64,000 nucleotides of DNA from Lama glama (lineage: Eukaryota): the NCBI GenBank assembly GCA_028534125.1, contig CM052832.1, positions 9,116,001 to 9,180,000 on the forward strand, read 5' to 3'. A program made the translations under genes and the position numbers. Each line of letters begins with the position of its first letter. Positions within the stretch are counted from its first letter, which is position 1. The notes beneath the pieces were generated by a model that was not told the origin of the DNA, ran no database searches, and was given only the letters and a program-made list of their open reading frames with translations. This document shows, in pieces, positions 25,600-38,660 of the stretch.

Positions 25600-27859
25600 C
25601 TGAAATAAAGAGACGGACATAATTAACAAAGAGGCCAGTAGATTAGTAGTTCTCGTTTTTCAGGAATGCTGGTTCAAAGCACAGCTAGTTGAAGCAATGC
25701 TGAATGCACAGTGAAATCTCTCTAGCTGGTATGGAACTGAATCTATGACACCTTTAATGACTTGTCTCTAACGTGCAATGAATGGAATGGAAAATATCTA
25801 ATTGTACACTGAATAAAATGAAGCTATCTCCTTGCCATGCTGCTGGTTCTCTATGAAAGTTAAGAAGGATACATGCATTAAGACAGACAGCAAACAACAG
25901 AATGTGATGCAGTATTTCTTTGTATTTATTCGAAAGAGATACTCTAAAATGTGGGAAATACTCCAAATATTGGGGAAACTATGTGCAGGAAAATGGTTGC
26001 TCATATCAGTGTAAACATCAAAAACTGTTTATAGGGACTATGCAGCAACAGTGAGAAAATCCTTATTTAATGTAAAGAGAAGAATATAATGTGAACAAAA
26101 CTACATGTAAATATCTATTATAATAAAGTATAAACATGCTAATGAAAAAAAGACAGATGGGTGATGAGCTTTTTCTTCCTGCTTAATTCTCTATTTTCCA
26201 AATTTTCTGTAATGTTGTTTAGTTTAATAAGCATTGAGGACCTACCATGTACTAGTCTTGGTTTTCAAGATCTTTAAATGAAAACTCACCCTGCTCACCC
26301 TTCCTGCTCTCAGGGAGCTCACAGCCTTGGGGGTGGGAAGGGAAAGAAAAGGAAGGAGGGGACAACTAAAGAAGGTGGCATCACAGACAGTGGATACCTC
26401 ACTCATAGCTCAGACATTTCCCAGGGAAGGCAAAGACTGAAGAGCTTCTTAAAGAGGAGTCACCTGCTTAGGGCACTCTAGCAGAGGCAAAGCCTGGGAA
26501 CTAGCACCTGAGGACCAGCAATGATTCTACAATCCTGGACCACTGACGTGGGGATTGGCAGGAGGTGAGTGATAATGGAGAAACAACATTTAAGAGATAT
26601 GATAAGGGTTACTTTTTGGAGAACCTCTCTGATAACAGGAGAGAGTGAGATTCAAGGTAGAGTTGGTTACAATAATCTAGGCAAGAAAAGATATGGGGCT
26701 GAACCAAACAAATAGAAGTAGGTATGGAAGGAACAGGACAAATACGCAGGAGAGGAATTCAACAAACTCTGCTGACCAGCTGGATATGCACATCCAGACC
26801 AAATGAGGTGTCCAAAAGGACTTCCAAGTTTCTGGCTTGGTCACCTGGATGGACAGTGGTGAAATTAACTAAGACACTGAATAGAGAAGAAAAATTAATT
26901 TGGATTATGCAATTTGAGGAGCCTTTAGGAGATCCAGGTGAAAAAAATAAAGTGGGCAATGAGAGAACAGATATGGTCTGGAGATCATTCGGATATAACT
27001 GAAATCAGAGGCACAGATGGGGCTGACCAAGAAAGAGAAGCACATGACGGAGTCTTGTGCCAAACTCTGGGGTTTAAAACATTTACAGGACAAAGGAGGG
27101 AAAGCAGAATGAGAAGGAGCCGCCAGAGAGTTACAGAGAAAATCAGGAATGTCACAAATCAGGAGAGAAAATGAGTTTCAGAAGGAAGTAGTTAAAGGAA
27201 TTAAGTAAATACAAATGTCAAATAAGGACTGAAAAATGCCCATCCACAATAATGAGATTATTTGGTGAATCTGGCAAAAGCTGTTTACAAAAAGTGACAG
27301 TACTGGCAAGGGGTGGTGGTGGTGAAGTCAAACTGCAGGGAGTTGAAAAATGAAGAGTTAGCAAAAAATTGGAGCCAGAGTATACACTATTGTTTAAAGA
27401 AGTTTTGCTGTGTATACAATTTCTTTCTCTCAAGATGCGAAATGAAATTAAAACCTGTAGGTACTGTTTATCCGTATTTAAACATTTATCACTGCATGGT
27501 GAAATAAAGGAAATATGCTTTAAAACGGCTTGTTTGGTCATAAAAAGGAAGGATAAAGCTAGGGCTCTGGAAGGAAGATAACACTGAGGGAGGGCAAGAG
27601 TAATAGGAGGAATAATGGAGCACGCTTGTGAACAGGGTAAGTGCCAGGAGGGAAAAAGGAATAACTCATGGAGGGGGTGGACTCCAGATAACAGGTGAAA
27701 GGATAAGCCACCTTACCAGGAGGTCCCTTATCCTCCGACAAAGGAAAGGTCAGTGGAGATGTGTGTAAGTCTGAAGAGCAGGAGTCAAGAAAACAGGAGT
27801 TCGTCCCTAGTGGCTACATACTTAAAAAAATTAAATTGAAAGAAACTTTTAAAGAAAAG

Positions 27860-28070
27860 GCTGCATGTTATAAGCCCTTCATAACTTTGATACCAACTCT
27901 TGACAAGAACATTACATGAAAGGAAAGAAACAGACCAATCTCTCTTAAGAACATAGAAAAAAACCTTAGATAAAATATTAACAAATCAAATATAATGATA
28001 TATGAAGAGGATACTCTACATGACCAAGTTGGGATTATTTCAGGAATGCAAGGATGGTTTAACAATTAAT
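27860..28070 (+). mobile_element. Old L1 ORF2 (RT N-terminal) fragment
   Basis: catgaccaagttgggattatttcaggaatgcaaggatggtttaac resembles L1 HDQVGFIPGMQGWFN. Confidence 0.7.
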
Positions 28071-28384
28071 GTAAACTGAATACAACAAACCATATTGGCA
28101 GAAAAACAGGTGAGTTGATATTGTGCCAAAGAGGTTGTATGAAGTTTACAGAATCAAGAAAATGTGTAAGAACTGCCTTAAAAACCAGACAAAATCAACT
28201 CCATTCTATAAATTTGTGATTGCCTTTTCATTCTCAGCATCCTTACCAACTCTTATTTACAACAGTAAAAAATATCCCAGTCAACCGTGAGACTCCTGTC
28301 CCGTCCTATCCTATCCTATCTATCATATATCATAGTCAAGACTAAAGCGAACCGCCATTCTGCTGATTTAGTAGATACAATTCA

Positions 28385-28625
28385 GAGCAGTTTTAACACC
28401 AGCGTCTACTCTTAGATATTCCAATTAGTAAGTCCCAAGTGACCCAGGTATCTGTATTTTTAAAAAGCTCCAAGGAGTTAAGTCCCTTACATCAGTGGTT
28501 CTCAATCCTGGCTTCCTGGGAAGCTTTTTAAAAAATATTAATGCCTGGGGCCCATCTCCAGAGACTGATTTAACTGACCTGAGGTAGGTCCTAGGCATTT
28601 TTAAAGCTCCCCAGGTGATTCCATG
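28385..28625. mobile_element. MER5-like hAT DNA transposon relic(s)
   Basis: cagtggttctcaatcctggc...ttaaagctccccaggtgattcc. Confidence 0.55.
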
Positions 28626-29136
28626 TGAATAAAATTATATAATTTTATTATATACAGGCACTTTCATGATTTTAAGTTTGAACAGTAAATATAATAGATG
28701 TTGCTATCTGACACTAGCTACAGTGTAAAAATTAGAAGCTTTAAGTGTATATTCCTTCACTTTTCTAGGCATTAAACGTACTGCTGTGATGTTAATTTGT
28801 ACTTATTTACATGTTGCTTATAAAAAGCAGTCAAATGTAGTAGTTAGAAGGTATGTTCTGTTCTCTATTTCCAATTATAGGATTAAAAATTCAAGAACAC
28901 TGTTTTTAGTCCCAGTCTTTTCATGTGTTTAACCAAAAGAGATGAAGTCTATTTAAAAGAAAAATCATGAAAAATTAAATTATAGTACTTCTTCAATATT
29001 GTTATAGAAAATGAGTTTTACTACAAAAGGAGTAAACCTATGATTAAATAACCACTTTAGGTCTTCAGATTAAAAAAACAGAACCACTTAACTTCTATGT
29101 CACCATTCTGAGACTTTGAGTAAACTAATAACTTAC

Positions 29137-29192
29137 CAGTCTGCAAGGCAAAGGACCAAACAATGGTTTATCTTCATCATTTAAAATTCTTT
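29137..29192 (-). CDS. UBR2: UBR2 exon 36
   Basis: RILNDEDKPLFGPLPCRL; CAG/GTAAG; the acceptor is duplicated (see findings). Confidence 0.92.
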
Positions 29193-29199
29193 CTGCAGA

Positions 29200-29251
29200 T
29201 TAAAAATGGTTAAGATGGTAAATTTTATTGCAAGTTTTAAAAAAAGTTAAA
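29200..29251 (+). mobile_element. ~52-bp retroposed insert (L1 3'-end-like, A-rich tail) with 17-bp TSD spanning the UBR2 exon-36 acceptor
   Basis: aaaattctttctgcaga at 29183-29199 and 29252-29268, preceded by TT (TT/AAAA); the insert begins ttaaaaatggttaagatggtaaatttta. Confidence 0.75.
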
Positions 29252-29578
29252 AAAATTCTTTCTGCAGAAAGCATAATATTGTCAGGTTTTAAAATCTTTA
29301 AGTCATTTCACAAGAATTAACTTTGGATGAAATAAAAATGAAAACACATTCCCTCTACTGACAACAAGCTAAAACAGAGTTCTCTGTTATTGTGGTTAAT
29401 TTGTAAATTTTCTATTTAATATCTTATCAGTACACTGTATTTTCTGTTTCAAAGTCTTTATATTATTTGTTCATATTGTTGCCCACTTTAAACATCTCAT
29501 TTAAATATAGGATTCTACACACAATCCATGTCAATGTATGCTTGAGACTTAAAGAAGACACAACTCTAAATCTCTTAC

Positions 29579-29727
29579 CTATGCTTTGGATGGTGTATGC
29601 ACAACTACCCCAACACATCACGGGCACACGAGGATCTTCTTCATTGGGATGAACCTTCAGTCCTACCTTGTACGTAGCAGTTCCAAATGTTGTTAGCATT
29701 TCTTTTATGCTCTCAGAATAAGGGTTC
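29579..29727 (-). CDS. UBR2: UBR2 exon 35
   Basis: NPYSESIKEMLTTFGTATYKVGLKVHPNEEDPRVPVMCWGSCAYTIQSI; TAG/GTAAG. Confidence 0.95.
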
Positions 29728-32064
29728 CTAAAGTGAACATGTATAAGATTAGCTCAAAACAATGTGCTCACATCAATCAACTGGTTCAGTTTCTTAACAG
29801 CTATTTTCTATGCTGGAACTGAACCACTTAAACTATCTAAAGATAGTTGCCTGCAAAGGGGGAGTTAAAGACATGCAAACAGACCCTGCCTGAGAGGAGT
29901 TATGCTCTATTTGGCTTGGCAGTGGTAAGGCACAGGTCTGAAAACAAGGTATTAGCTGAAATTCTACATACTGAACTACGGGACCTTGGACTTCTTTCCC
30001 TATCTTGAAAACATCAGCAATGTATATCTACTGCAGAGATTTTTAGTTTCTCCAGTGAAGAGTTCTCAGGGAGAAGCCCTTTTTACACACTGACATTTGA
30101 GGACCCCAAGTGAAAGACTGGCAGGGGCCTGATGACCTCACTGTGAGGCTCACAGGTGAGCAAGCTCTAACCTGCATACCAGGTATCCAGTGAGCTTCTT
30201 TGCCTTATTCTTAAATAGTCACCCAAGGACCAATAAACATTTAAGGAAAGAATCAAACATTAAAGGGATAAATCAAAACAAACAAGCAGAAAAAAGGAAC
30301 TCAGGAAAACAGAGACAGTGTAGAAAACTGAAAAGTGATAGGAAAATTAGAGGATCAGTCCAGGAGGGCCAACAATGAGCTAACAGTAGGACCAGCTCAA
30401 AGAACAGGAGAAAATTATCTAAGAAACAACATAAAAAATTCCCAGAACTGAAAGGACACGAATCTTCAGAATCCAAGAGCTTCTTGAAAACATAGCAAAA
30501 CAAATGAAGAAAGATTCACATATCAAGAAATATTATAGAGAAATTTCAGAACAGTGCAGATTAATGAGACAATTCTCAGTTTCTAGAAGGAATAGTTACA
30601 AAGGTACAGGACTCAGAATGGCGTTAATTGCTCAATGAGTACTAGAAGTTAGTAGAACAGTGCCTTCAAAATCTAGATGAAAAATCACTTCTAATCTATA
30701 ATTCTATACCCAAACCAACCACCAAGCATATGGATGTGATAAATGTATTTTCGGACATGAAAATTTAACACCCATACACCTCTTCTTAAGGATCTGCTGA
30801 GGGATGCAACATGAGAGAGTAAGTTAAGAAAGAGAAGGATACAAGAGCCGGCAAACAACAGGAGCACGGCCAGGGGAAGTCTCAGGGTGACAGTTGTGCC
30901 CTGTCCTGGTGCCAGAAGAGGGTTCCAGGAAAGGAGGTCATCTGATGAATCTGAGCACTCATAGCTACTGCTAGGCATCTGACAGATTTATCACAGCATT
31001 TAGGGGGAAAAAGGTATTATACACATAGAAAACCAAGTACATGAAAAAATAAGATAATTATTAACCACAGAAAATAAAATTGTACAAGAAAATAAACACA
31101 GCTTATCAGTAGAAACAATTAAAATGTAAAAATTGACAACTGACTTAACCAAAAATTGTGAAATAACTTTACAGGGAGACTGGCGAGGAGCAGTGGATAG
31201 GGTAAAGTTAAAAGCTGAGTCCTAAATTATTAGCCAACAGAAAGATACTGTTTAAAAAATGATAAATTGAGACAGTTGATTAAGCATTTTAACTAGATAG
31301 AAATAAGAAATAGCAGAAGAAACAAAATGAGATGTCTGGGGGTGGGGACGTGGAATATGGGAGGCACAGGCCTGATATTTTTGTTGTTTAAGCCTTCCAG
31401 CACTATTTTATTGAGTTATTTAGTATGTGCCAGACACAGCTTCCAGGTAACTTTAAATGTATTATGTGTATTATGTCACTTTATAATACTTACAAGGTAG
31501 CTATTACTATCTACACTTTACACATGAGGAAACTGAGTGAGGCACAGAGAGATCAAGCAATTTGCACAAAGCTGCACAGCTAATAAGCAGTAGTGCTGAA
31601 ACTGAATAAAGCAGTCTAGCTATAGAATCTGTGCTACACTTTGTAATTTACTAGCTATGGAGTAAAATAAGGCTGAAAATACTCAGGTTTTGATCCTGGA
31701 TTACTAAGAGGTTGGTAGGGCCATAGGCAGAAATATAGAAGTCAGAGGGGAGCATGGGATTTGGTGGGGGAGCTGAGCAGCTTGGATTTAGATGTACTGA
31801 TGAGGTGGTATCAAGGAGAGCCAGGTAAAGGGATGTAGTAGGGAGTCAGCAATGCAGACTAGGAGAGATTTATGAAAATTAAACATGCCATGTAGTTCTT
31901 AGGCTTTTACCAACATACCTGTAATAAATATTCTTAAGCCTCAGAATTCAAGCTCAATGTCCTATAATATTTTGCTCCCTAGCTTGACAAGTGATATTCT
32001 TATTATGACTTAATTTTTCACTTCAAGTTGGCCAAATTTAAAAGGAATAAAATAATATACTCAC

Positions 32065-32143
32065 TTAGGGTGAAAATTGGGCCTAAATCCTTCAGGGAGC
32101 TGCAACTGATCCATATTTTCTAAATTCTTTGATAAGGAAGTAT
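32065..32143 (-). CDS. UBR2: UBR2 exon 34
   Basis: TSLSKNLENMDQLQLPEGFRPNFHP; TAG/GTGAG. Confidence 0.9.
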
Positions 32144-32847
32144 CTACAGAAACAAGCATGTTATACTATTATTCTTCAGTCCACAGTATTTCTATAAATC
32201 TTAGTCATAAATTTTCATCCTAAATTTAGGTCAAAAAAATTAAAAAACAACAGGAAAAATTCCCATTAATGAAAACCAGTGTAATGTACACTGAAAGCAT
32301 GAGAAATACTATTGCTCTGGATGACTTAGGCACCTTCTTCAGTGACCTGTGCTCCTCCTGATAGTACAGACACTAGAATGCAGCTAGGGAGGGTAAGAAG
32401 AGTATGCTATTTTGTTTCCTTAAAAATCAATGATATACATTCTGCTCAGGTTGCCTTCCCTCAAGGTCCTAAGTGTAGTACATGTCTACGAAACTTGGGA
32501 AGCCTTTGGTAATGCCAACAATAAAGTGAGGCAGCCCACTGAGAATAAAGCCAGCTCTTCAATACTCAGTTACATCTCCCCCACCCCCAGAAGCTCTTCA
32601 ATAAAATGGGGGAATAAGTGAGAAGTATTTATTATAAACTTCACATGAGCTTGTGTGTTCTCAAGAAGTAACGAGTAATGTAGTAAATTCAAATTTATTT
32701 CAGTAAGACAAAGAAAATTAGAGTTAAGTCAAATTTTCAAGTGAGAGGTTTCACTTTTAAAATATTTTAAAACAATTTCTTCTGGAATTATATTTTCCAA
32801 TGATTTCAGATTTTACGAAAAAATGAAAGCAGGTTATCAGAACTTAC

Positions 32848-32951
32848 TAGGAGTACTTTCTTCTTTCCTAAGAACCTGTAATGCTTTTATTTGCTGAGAT
32901 ATTGTTCTAATCCACTGAGTCAGATTTGGTTGGTCTGAAAAATTTAACCTG
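32848..32951 (-). CDS. UBR2: UBR2 exon 33 (TAGCAG tandem acceptor; alternative start 32948)
   Basis: RLNFSDQPNLTQWIRTISQQIKALQVLRKEESTP; GTAAG donor. Confidence 0.92.
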
Positions 32952-33239
32952 CTAGAAAAGATTATAGAGAGTGTTTAGTATTCTGTTGTTGCTTAGTTTA
33001 AGATACAAAAAGACTCCTTAAATGATCAAGGGCATAGTTTAAACACAGTTCGAGTATTAGAAAATAAAATTAAAAAGGGTGGGGAAAATTTGTTGCTTTA
33101 AAAAAAGTTAGAATAGATATTTGCCAATGGAAATGAAAATACATTACTTGTCAATTTGATGCTATTTATTGTTTATTTGTCAAGATTTTCACTTTTCTCA
33201 GTACTGGAGTTTGCTAGTATTTCTTAAATACCATAATCA

Positions 33240-33480
33240 CCACATCATGACACTATTTACTGAGTGCTTCTCATGGTGCACTTAGTAAAGCATTGACAGT
33301 ATTAGATTTAATCTTCAAAATATTGTTATGAAATAGGTTATTTTATTATCCCCATTTTACAGATGAGGAAACTGAGGTTTAGAGCTATGTAACTTGACTA
33401 AGGCCATATATGGGATATTTGGCATCCAAACCCAACTGTATCAGACTCCAAAGCCTGTGTTCTTAACGACTGTGCCATAA
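33240..33480 (-). mobile_element. MIR SINE
   Basis: attatccccattttacagatgaggaaactgagg...aacttgactaagg...gactccaaagcc. Confidence 0.7.
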
Positions 33481-34436
33481 TTGACTCTCATGGGGAAAAA
33501 AAAACAAGACCCAAACCACAAAAGTGATATTTTTCTCTTTACATGCAGTGAATTCCTAACCTAATAGTGACTAATTTCTTTATCAGTTCAAATGCAGATA
33601 GAAGTCAGCACCATAACATTCTTTTACAATTAAAAAGCATGAGCTTAAATGCATACCTAACAGTATTTTAAGAACATTTTGTGGTAGCATAGACTAAGAC
33701 ATCATAGTTTGAACTCCTAAAATTGGAGAGAGAAAAACTGACTCTGCTTTGAATTAAACCCAAATAGTACCACAGAACTAAATGATTCATAGTTACAAAA
33801 CTTAAATTAGCATTTGTGAATGTAAGATGTATAATAACATAATTCTAAACTGAGAAATGACAAAGGTCAGTTTTGAAAAGGAGACATTATCAAATTTATA
33901 TTTGAAATGAGTATGTCCAATACTCCTATTAACTAAAATTAACCTAAATATTATGAAATAACAAAAATTTTACAATTTAAATACATATCAGATTTTCATT
34001 TTTTGGCCCAATTCTTGACGCTATTATTGGCCAGTAAATTGCAAAAAATTGTATTTGTTAGTATGTTCAATAAAGTCAGTTAGAGCTCTCCCTTCTTCCC
34101 CTATCAATTTACTATGCAGCTCTTAAAAAGTATGAGGGAGATATTTAAAGTGGGGTCCTAGAAATTAAGACAGTTTTCATGAACACATGGGAACTTTACA
34201 TCTTCTAGTGTTTAAGGGTGATTAAGAAACTTAAATTTTGGCTTATTCTTTTCTAAAAACCAAAATCATATTTCACAGGTCTGCTAGAAGAAATGATTAA
34301 ATAAAAAGTCTGCAAAGTATCTGGAAAACATTATGTAACTACCTAGAGTGATCTCCCTCCCTGCCCAGGTTTATTATTTCATTATCTTCAAAGGAAGACT
34401 TCTTTCGTATAAAAGTATTTATGAGTCAAAACTTAC

Positions 34437-34598
34437 CTATTAAAAATATTTCTTGGTGGAAGCAGCAGAGGAATAACAGTATTACTCAAGCATTCACAAA
34501 GGGGACAAAGGAATTCTCCATTTTCTACATCATAGCTTGTATGTAAGCGTAATCTCTGTTGCCTTCGCTGTTCTTTAGCTTGAACGGAATCAAAATAC
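34437..34598 (-). CDS. UBR2: UBR2 exon 32 (final RING CxxC pair, CPLC)
   Basis: YFDSVQAKEQRRQQRLRLHTSYDVENGEFLCPLCECLSNTVIPLLLPPRNIFN. Confidence 0.96.
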
Positions 34599-35379
34599 CT
34601 TTACAATTAGAGAACATGAGGTATCAAAAACAATGGTAATTTTTTTCAATGACAGCCATAAGCTTCAACACTTTAAATAATTTGTTTTTACAAATAACCT
34701 AAAAATTAAAATCTTAAAATGACCTGAATTAACACTGATGGTTTAATTTTGATGGTAATTACCAAAATGGATTAAGAATTCTAAAACAGGAAAATTAAAA
34801 AAAAAAAAAAAAAAGAGACTGTCTTGTAAACAATTATTCACAAAGTAGCATATTTCTTTGTCCCAGTGCTCTGTGGTTACCTTCCCAGGGCTGGTGGCTA
34901 CTTCCTAATTGCTAGGGGACAGTTCATGACAACTCAATGAGCAGGGTGCTGGAATAACAGCACAGATTTATTGGTTTTGCCGAAGCATAGGAAGCTCAGG
35001 GAGCCCTGACAGTCTTGGGAAGTAATCAGGCAAGTGCTAACACCTTCAGTATCAAGTCATTCCCCTTGGACCTGAAGAAAGACATTCTTCTAGGGTTTAT
35101 CCCACTGTAAAGATCCTTTTCTTCATCCAGTCTTTAAGCTAGTACAGATCCCCACATCAAAAAATGTATTTAATACACTATGAAGTTTCTAAGTCACTCC
35201 TTTAAATGCACTGACAAAGCAAATTAATTGTTACTTATTAAGCAGTAATATGGAATTCTTTTCTTCAATATCTTTAGAACTTTTCCCCTTTTTCTAGAAT
35301 GGAATTTCCTTTATTAAAAAAATTTAATTTTGAGCCTTTGGATAAGCTTCTCTTGACTAATATTAAGAATATAAATTAC

Positions 35380-35473
35380 CTTTGCCAACAATGGGCATGC
35401 ATAATGTGCCCACAGCTACTAGTATGTGTTCCGCAAGACAGATCAGGGTGCATGAATAATGGATCATACTTTT
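35380..35473 (-). CDS. UBR2: UBR2 exon 31 (RING-H2 core CGHIMHAHC)
   Basis: [38 protein letters not shown]. Confidence 0.96.
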
Positions 35474-36649
35474 CTGCATTATAAAACAAAAACAAAATGA
35501 AAAACCAAGCATTTAATATTCCTTTAACAAATGTACAACTTTAAAGTGTGAACTCCATGATAAGCCCTTGTAAACTTCAAATGAAACGCTAGTTTATTCC
35601 TTTGATTTGCAATACCAATGATTTATGCAAGACTTGGGATTATTTAGAAAACAAGACTCTCTAATTTTCATTACCCTGAGCAAAATAATGAAACATCCCT
35701 GAACTGTTAACTGAAACTGGAATCCCATATTTAAGAACATCTAATATTTTGAACATTGCATATTTTCAGGGCACTGAGAAACTTCCCATTCCCCCCAAAT
35801 GCCCTGAGCTCAAGGTAAAAAGGATATTGTTCATGGAGCTGCCTTTAATACCTTCAGGGCAGCTGGGTCACAATGATCTCTAACAAAACGATGTACTGGC
35901 AGTAATGGGGCGCTCCCTAGAGGAGGTTCTGCCTAAAGACACTCACGCAGAGAGTAGCCACAATTACTGCACCAGAGTCAAAGCTGCAGCAAAATATCCA
36001 GGAAGGCAGCCCAGACCAGAGTAGGGAAAATGGGGCAATTCAGACAGTCTTCTGCTCTGGTTCTCATTTTTTATATTCAAAGGAGATGAAAAATGAAGAC
36101 TAACATAAAGTGGGTAGCTGGCTTCTTTGGGAATTCTTGGAATTCTCTACATAAATCAGTAAAAACTCAAAAATTCCCTAACATTCTATAAAGAATTACT
36201 CAAGTTTCAATTTGCTTTATGTACTAGAACAGTGCAAATTTCACAGCATAAAGAAAATCTTTTATGATATAAATTACGAAAGCACGTAAAAAAATCTGCT
36301 TATAGCCAGCCAACTTTTCCAAGAAGGTAACAAAATGAATACAATTGGTGACTTTATCTTCAGCCTGGAATGAAATTTATAAATTGCCTAGTTCAAATGA
36401 TCATTTCTTAAGATGAAGTAGACCAATCCTTCTTGGCTTGAGAGTCATACTAGGAAGACTTTTCTTACAGAGAAAAAGCAGTCTTACCAGTGGGCTCTCA
36501 AACCTCCTTCCAATCATACAGTGTGAAAGGCACTGGTTAAATAAGTGCTTTGGAAACTAAGACACAGTTCCTCCTTCCAAGAAGGTTACTGGTATCACTG
36601 AGGCACAGGCACATATAAATAAGCGTAAAAGTAGAAACATAAAAGAATC

Positions 36650-37030
36650 TGTGGTGGACACGTCATGTGCAGCTCTGATGCCCCTGCAGGAATGAGTGAC
36701 ATACTCCCTCAGCTGTTAGAAGAGGCACTCAACTGTTAGCCCTCTTTAAGGGACAACTGCTCTGTTCAAGGTTACATCTCTTTTCAGAGGTGGCCCACAG
36801 TCAGTCACTGATCAGCGCCAGGGTATAAAGATCCAGCCCCCTTGTCCCAACTCAGGACACCTTTGAAGGGCCATCCAGCTCCAGAGCTCCCATAGGGTTG
36901 GCTAAGGTCTTTCGGGGATTGCATCGAAGCTCAGCTTCTTCCTTTGCCCAAACCTGCTTGCTTCCCCTCCATCCCACAGATGTGGATCCCAAGGCTCTCT
37001 TGAATAATGTCCTGCACTGCCTGGTAATCT
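36650..37030. mobile_element. Probable MaLR/ERVL LTR relic (MLT-like)
   Basis: GC-richer block in an AT-rich intron, starting tgtggtgg and containing a tataaa; family assigned from memory only. Confidence 0.4.
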
Positions 37031-37464
37031 CTATCTCAATCATCTAAATGAGAACCTGGTTCAAGGACTACTTCTCACAAGGGTAGCTCACACCACCATT
37101 CTTAAGGGATTCTACCCTGGATCTGTCTATGAGATAAAATAATTGTTATTTCAGTGTGTCAACTAATTATTAGGACTTTACAAATGTGCTGAAAAATGGG
37201 AAAGACTGTTAAGTATGTTAAAGTTACATCACAAACAACAGCTTTCCTTTGAATCCCTGCATTTATCAGATGTGTAATTCAGGCATGACACTTAACCTTC
37301 TGGAGTGTCTCCACATCTGTCAAGTGGGGAATTCTAAGTTACCTGCCCAAGACACCGTTATGCCTATAGAGTTATTATTAGATTAATAAAATCTCTGTGT
37401 ATCCCTACCATACTAAGTGGCAGTCATTATTAATAGGGAGGATGAGGATCTAGCTATGACCTAC

Positions 37465-37664
37465 CTGGATCCTGAATGAATTTACTTCTGTCTTTTGACA
37501 ATACAGTTGATCTCTGAACGAATGCTGCCAGGACCATTGCCCTGCTTTCCACCTTCACCTCTTGTTCCTCTTGACACAATATACAGGTAACAAATTGTCT
37601 CTGTTCAGGCACCTGAGTTTGTGCTGGGCCCAATGCTGTTAGATTCATATCTGAAACCACAGGG
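37465..37664 (-). CDS. UBR2: UBR2 exon 30 (first RING CxxC pair, CILC)
   Basis: PVVSDMNLTALGPAQTQVPEQRQFVTCILCQEEQEVKVESRAMVLAAFVQRSTVLSKDRSKFIQDP. Confidence 0.96.
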
Positions 37665-38146
37665 CTGCAAGAAAAAGGTTCTGAGTATAATTAATGAGCC
37701 TAAGAAGTTTCTATATAATCATAAAACAGAAGACTCTAGGTATGTACATATTTAAAACACATGGTTTAGATGACTTGATCTGAAAGACACAAGTCTTTCA
37801 TGTGTATCGAAGCCATCTCCCTCAATTCTCATAGCAATCCAATATGCAACACACAAGCCAGACACTAGGTTAATTGAGCCCTTGCCATTCATAAAAGAAT
37901 GGCAAAGGTTTTCTGAATAATTTATATTTTAAGCATACACATGAATTATCCTACCTATAGTCAGAGATATGCTCATAAACAAATTCAGATTTCTAAGTTA
38001 GATTTGTCTAACTAAGAGGCTGCAAAATTTATCTATCAACTCTTCTATATTACTTCAGGATTAAATGTACTTATAAAGGAAGAAAAGCAACATCTTCCTC
38101 AGTTGAGAACGACTGATTAGATTTTAAAATTGTGGTAATTTTTTAC

Positions 38147-38325
38147 CTATTATCGAGAACAGCAGAGATAGAGGCATCCAGTTCTAACGTCTGCTGAAAG
38201 AGTTCTTTATTTTCATCAATAAAGTGCCGCTGCATCTCAGACATCTGGGCCATGATCTTTTCTCTGCGCAGTCTGGCAATCTCAGCTTTTCTCTTCCTCT
38301 CGGCTTTGTCTTTGTCTCTCGAACT
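38147..38325 (-). CDS. UBR2: UBR2 exon 29 (basic-residue-rich region)
   Basis: SSRDKDKAERKRKAEIARLRREKIMAQMSEMQRHFIDENKELFQQTLELDASISAVLDN. Confidence 0.96.
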
Positions 38326-38579
38326 CTGAAATTATGCACATATAAACAAGCACTTATCTCATTAATCTAAATAAAAGATCTTTCTTAACCTACCTAATAT
38401 GTTAAAGAAAAAAACAAGCAGACCAAAAAGATTGCTACAAAAATTAACAAATAGTGGCACACTTTTTGGAATTTACGTGTTTGTGAACAATATCAACTAC
38501 CAACTTATTGCAGATAAATTAATTGTTTATAGTGAGCTTGCTACAGTCTTTCAGTATTACCACACTCTACACCTTATAC

Positions 38580-38660
38580 CTCTTCCATTACAGTTCCTTC
38601 TGTCTCTGTCACAGGACTGGTGGATGAACTTTCCCTTATCTTCTTAACAGCATGAAAAGT
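38580..38660 (-). CDS. UBR2: UBR2 exon 28
   Basis: TFHAVKKIRESSSTSPVTETEGTVMEE; TAG/GTATA; the acceptor is tandemly duplicated (see findings). Confidence 0.9.
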
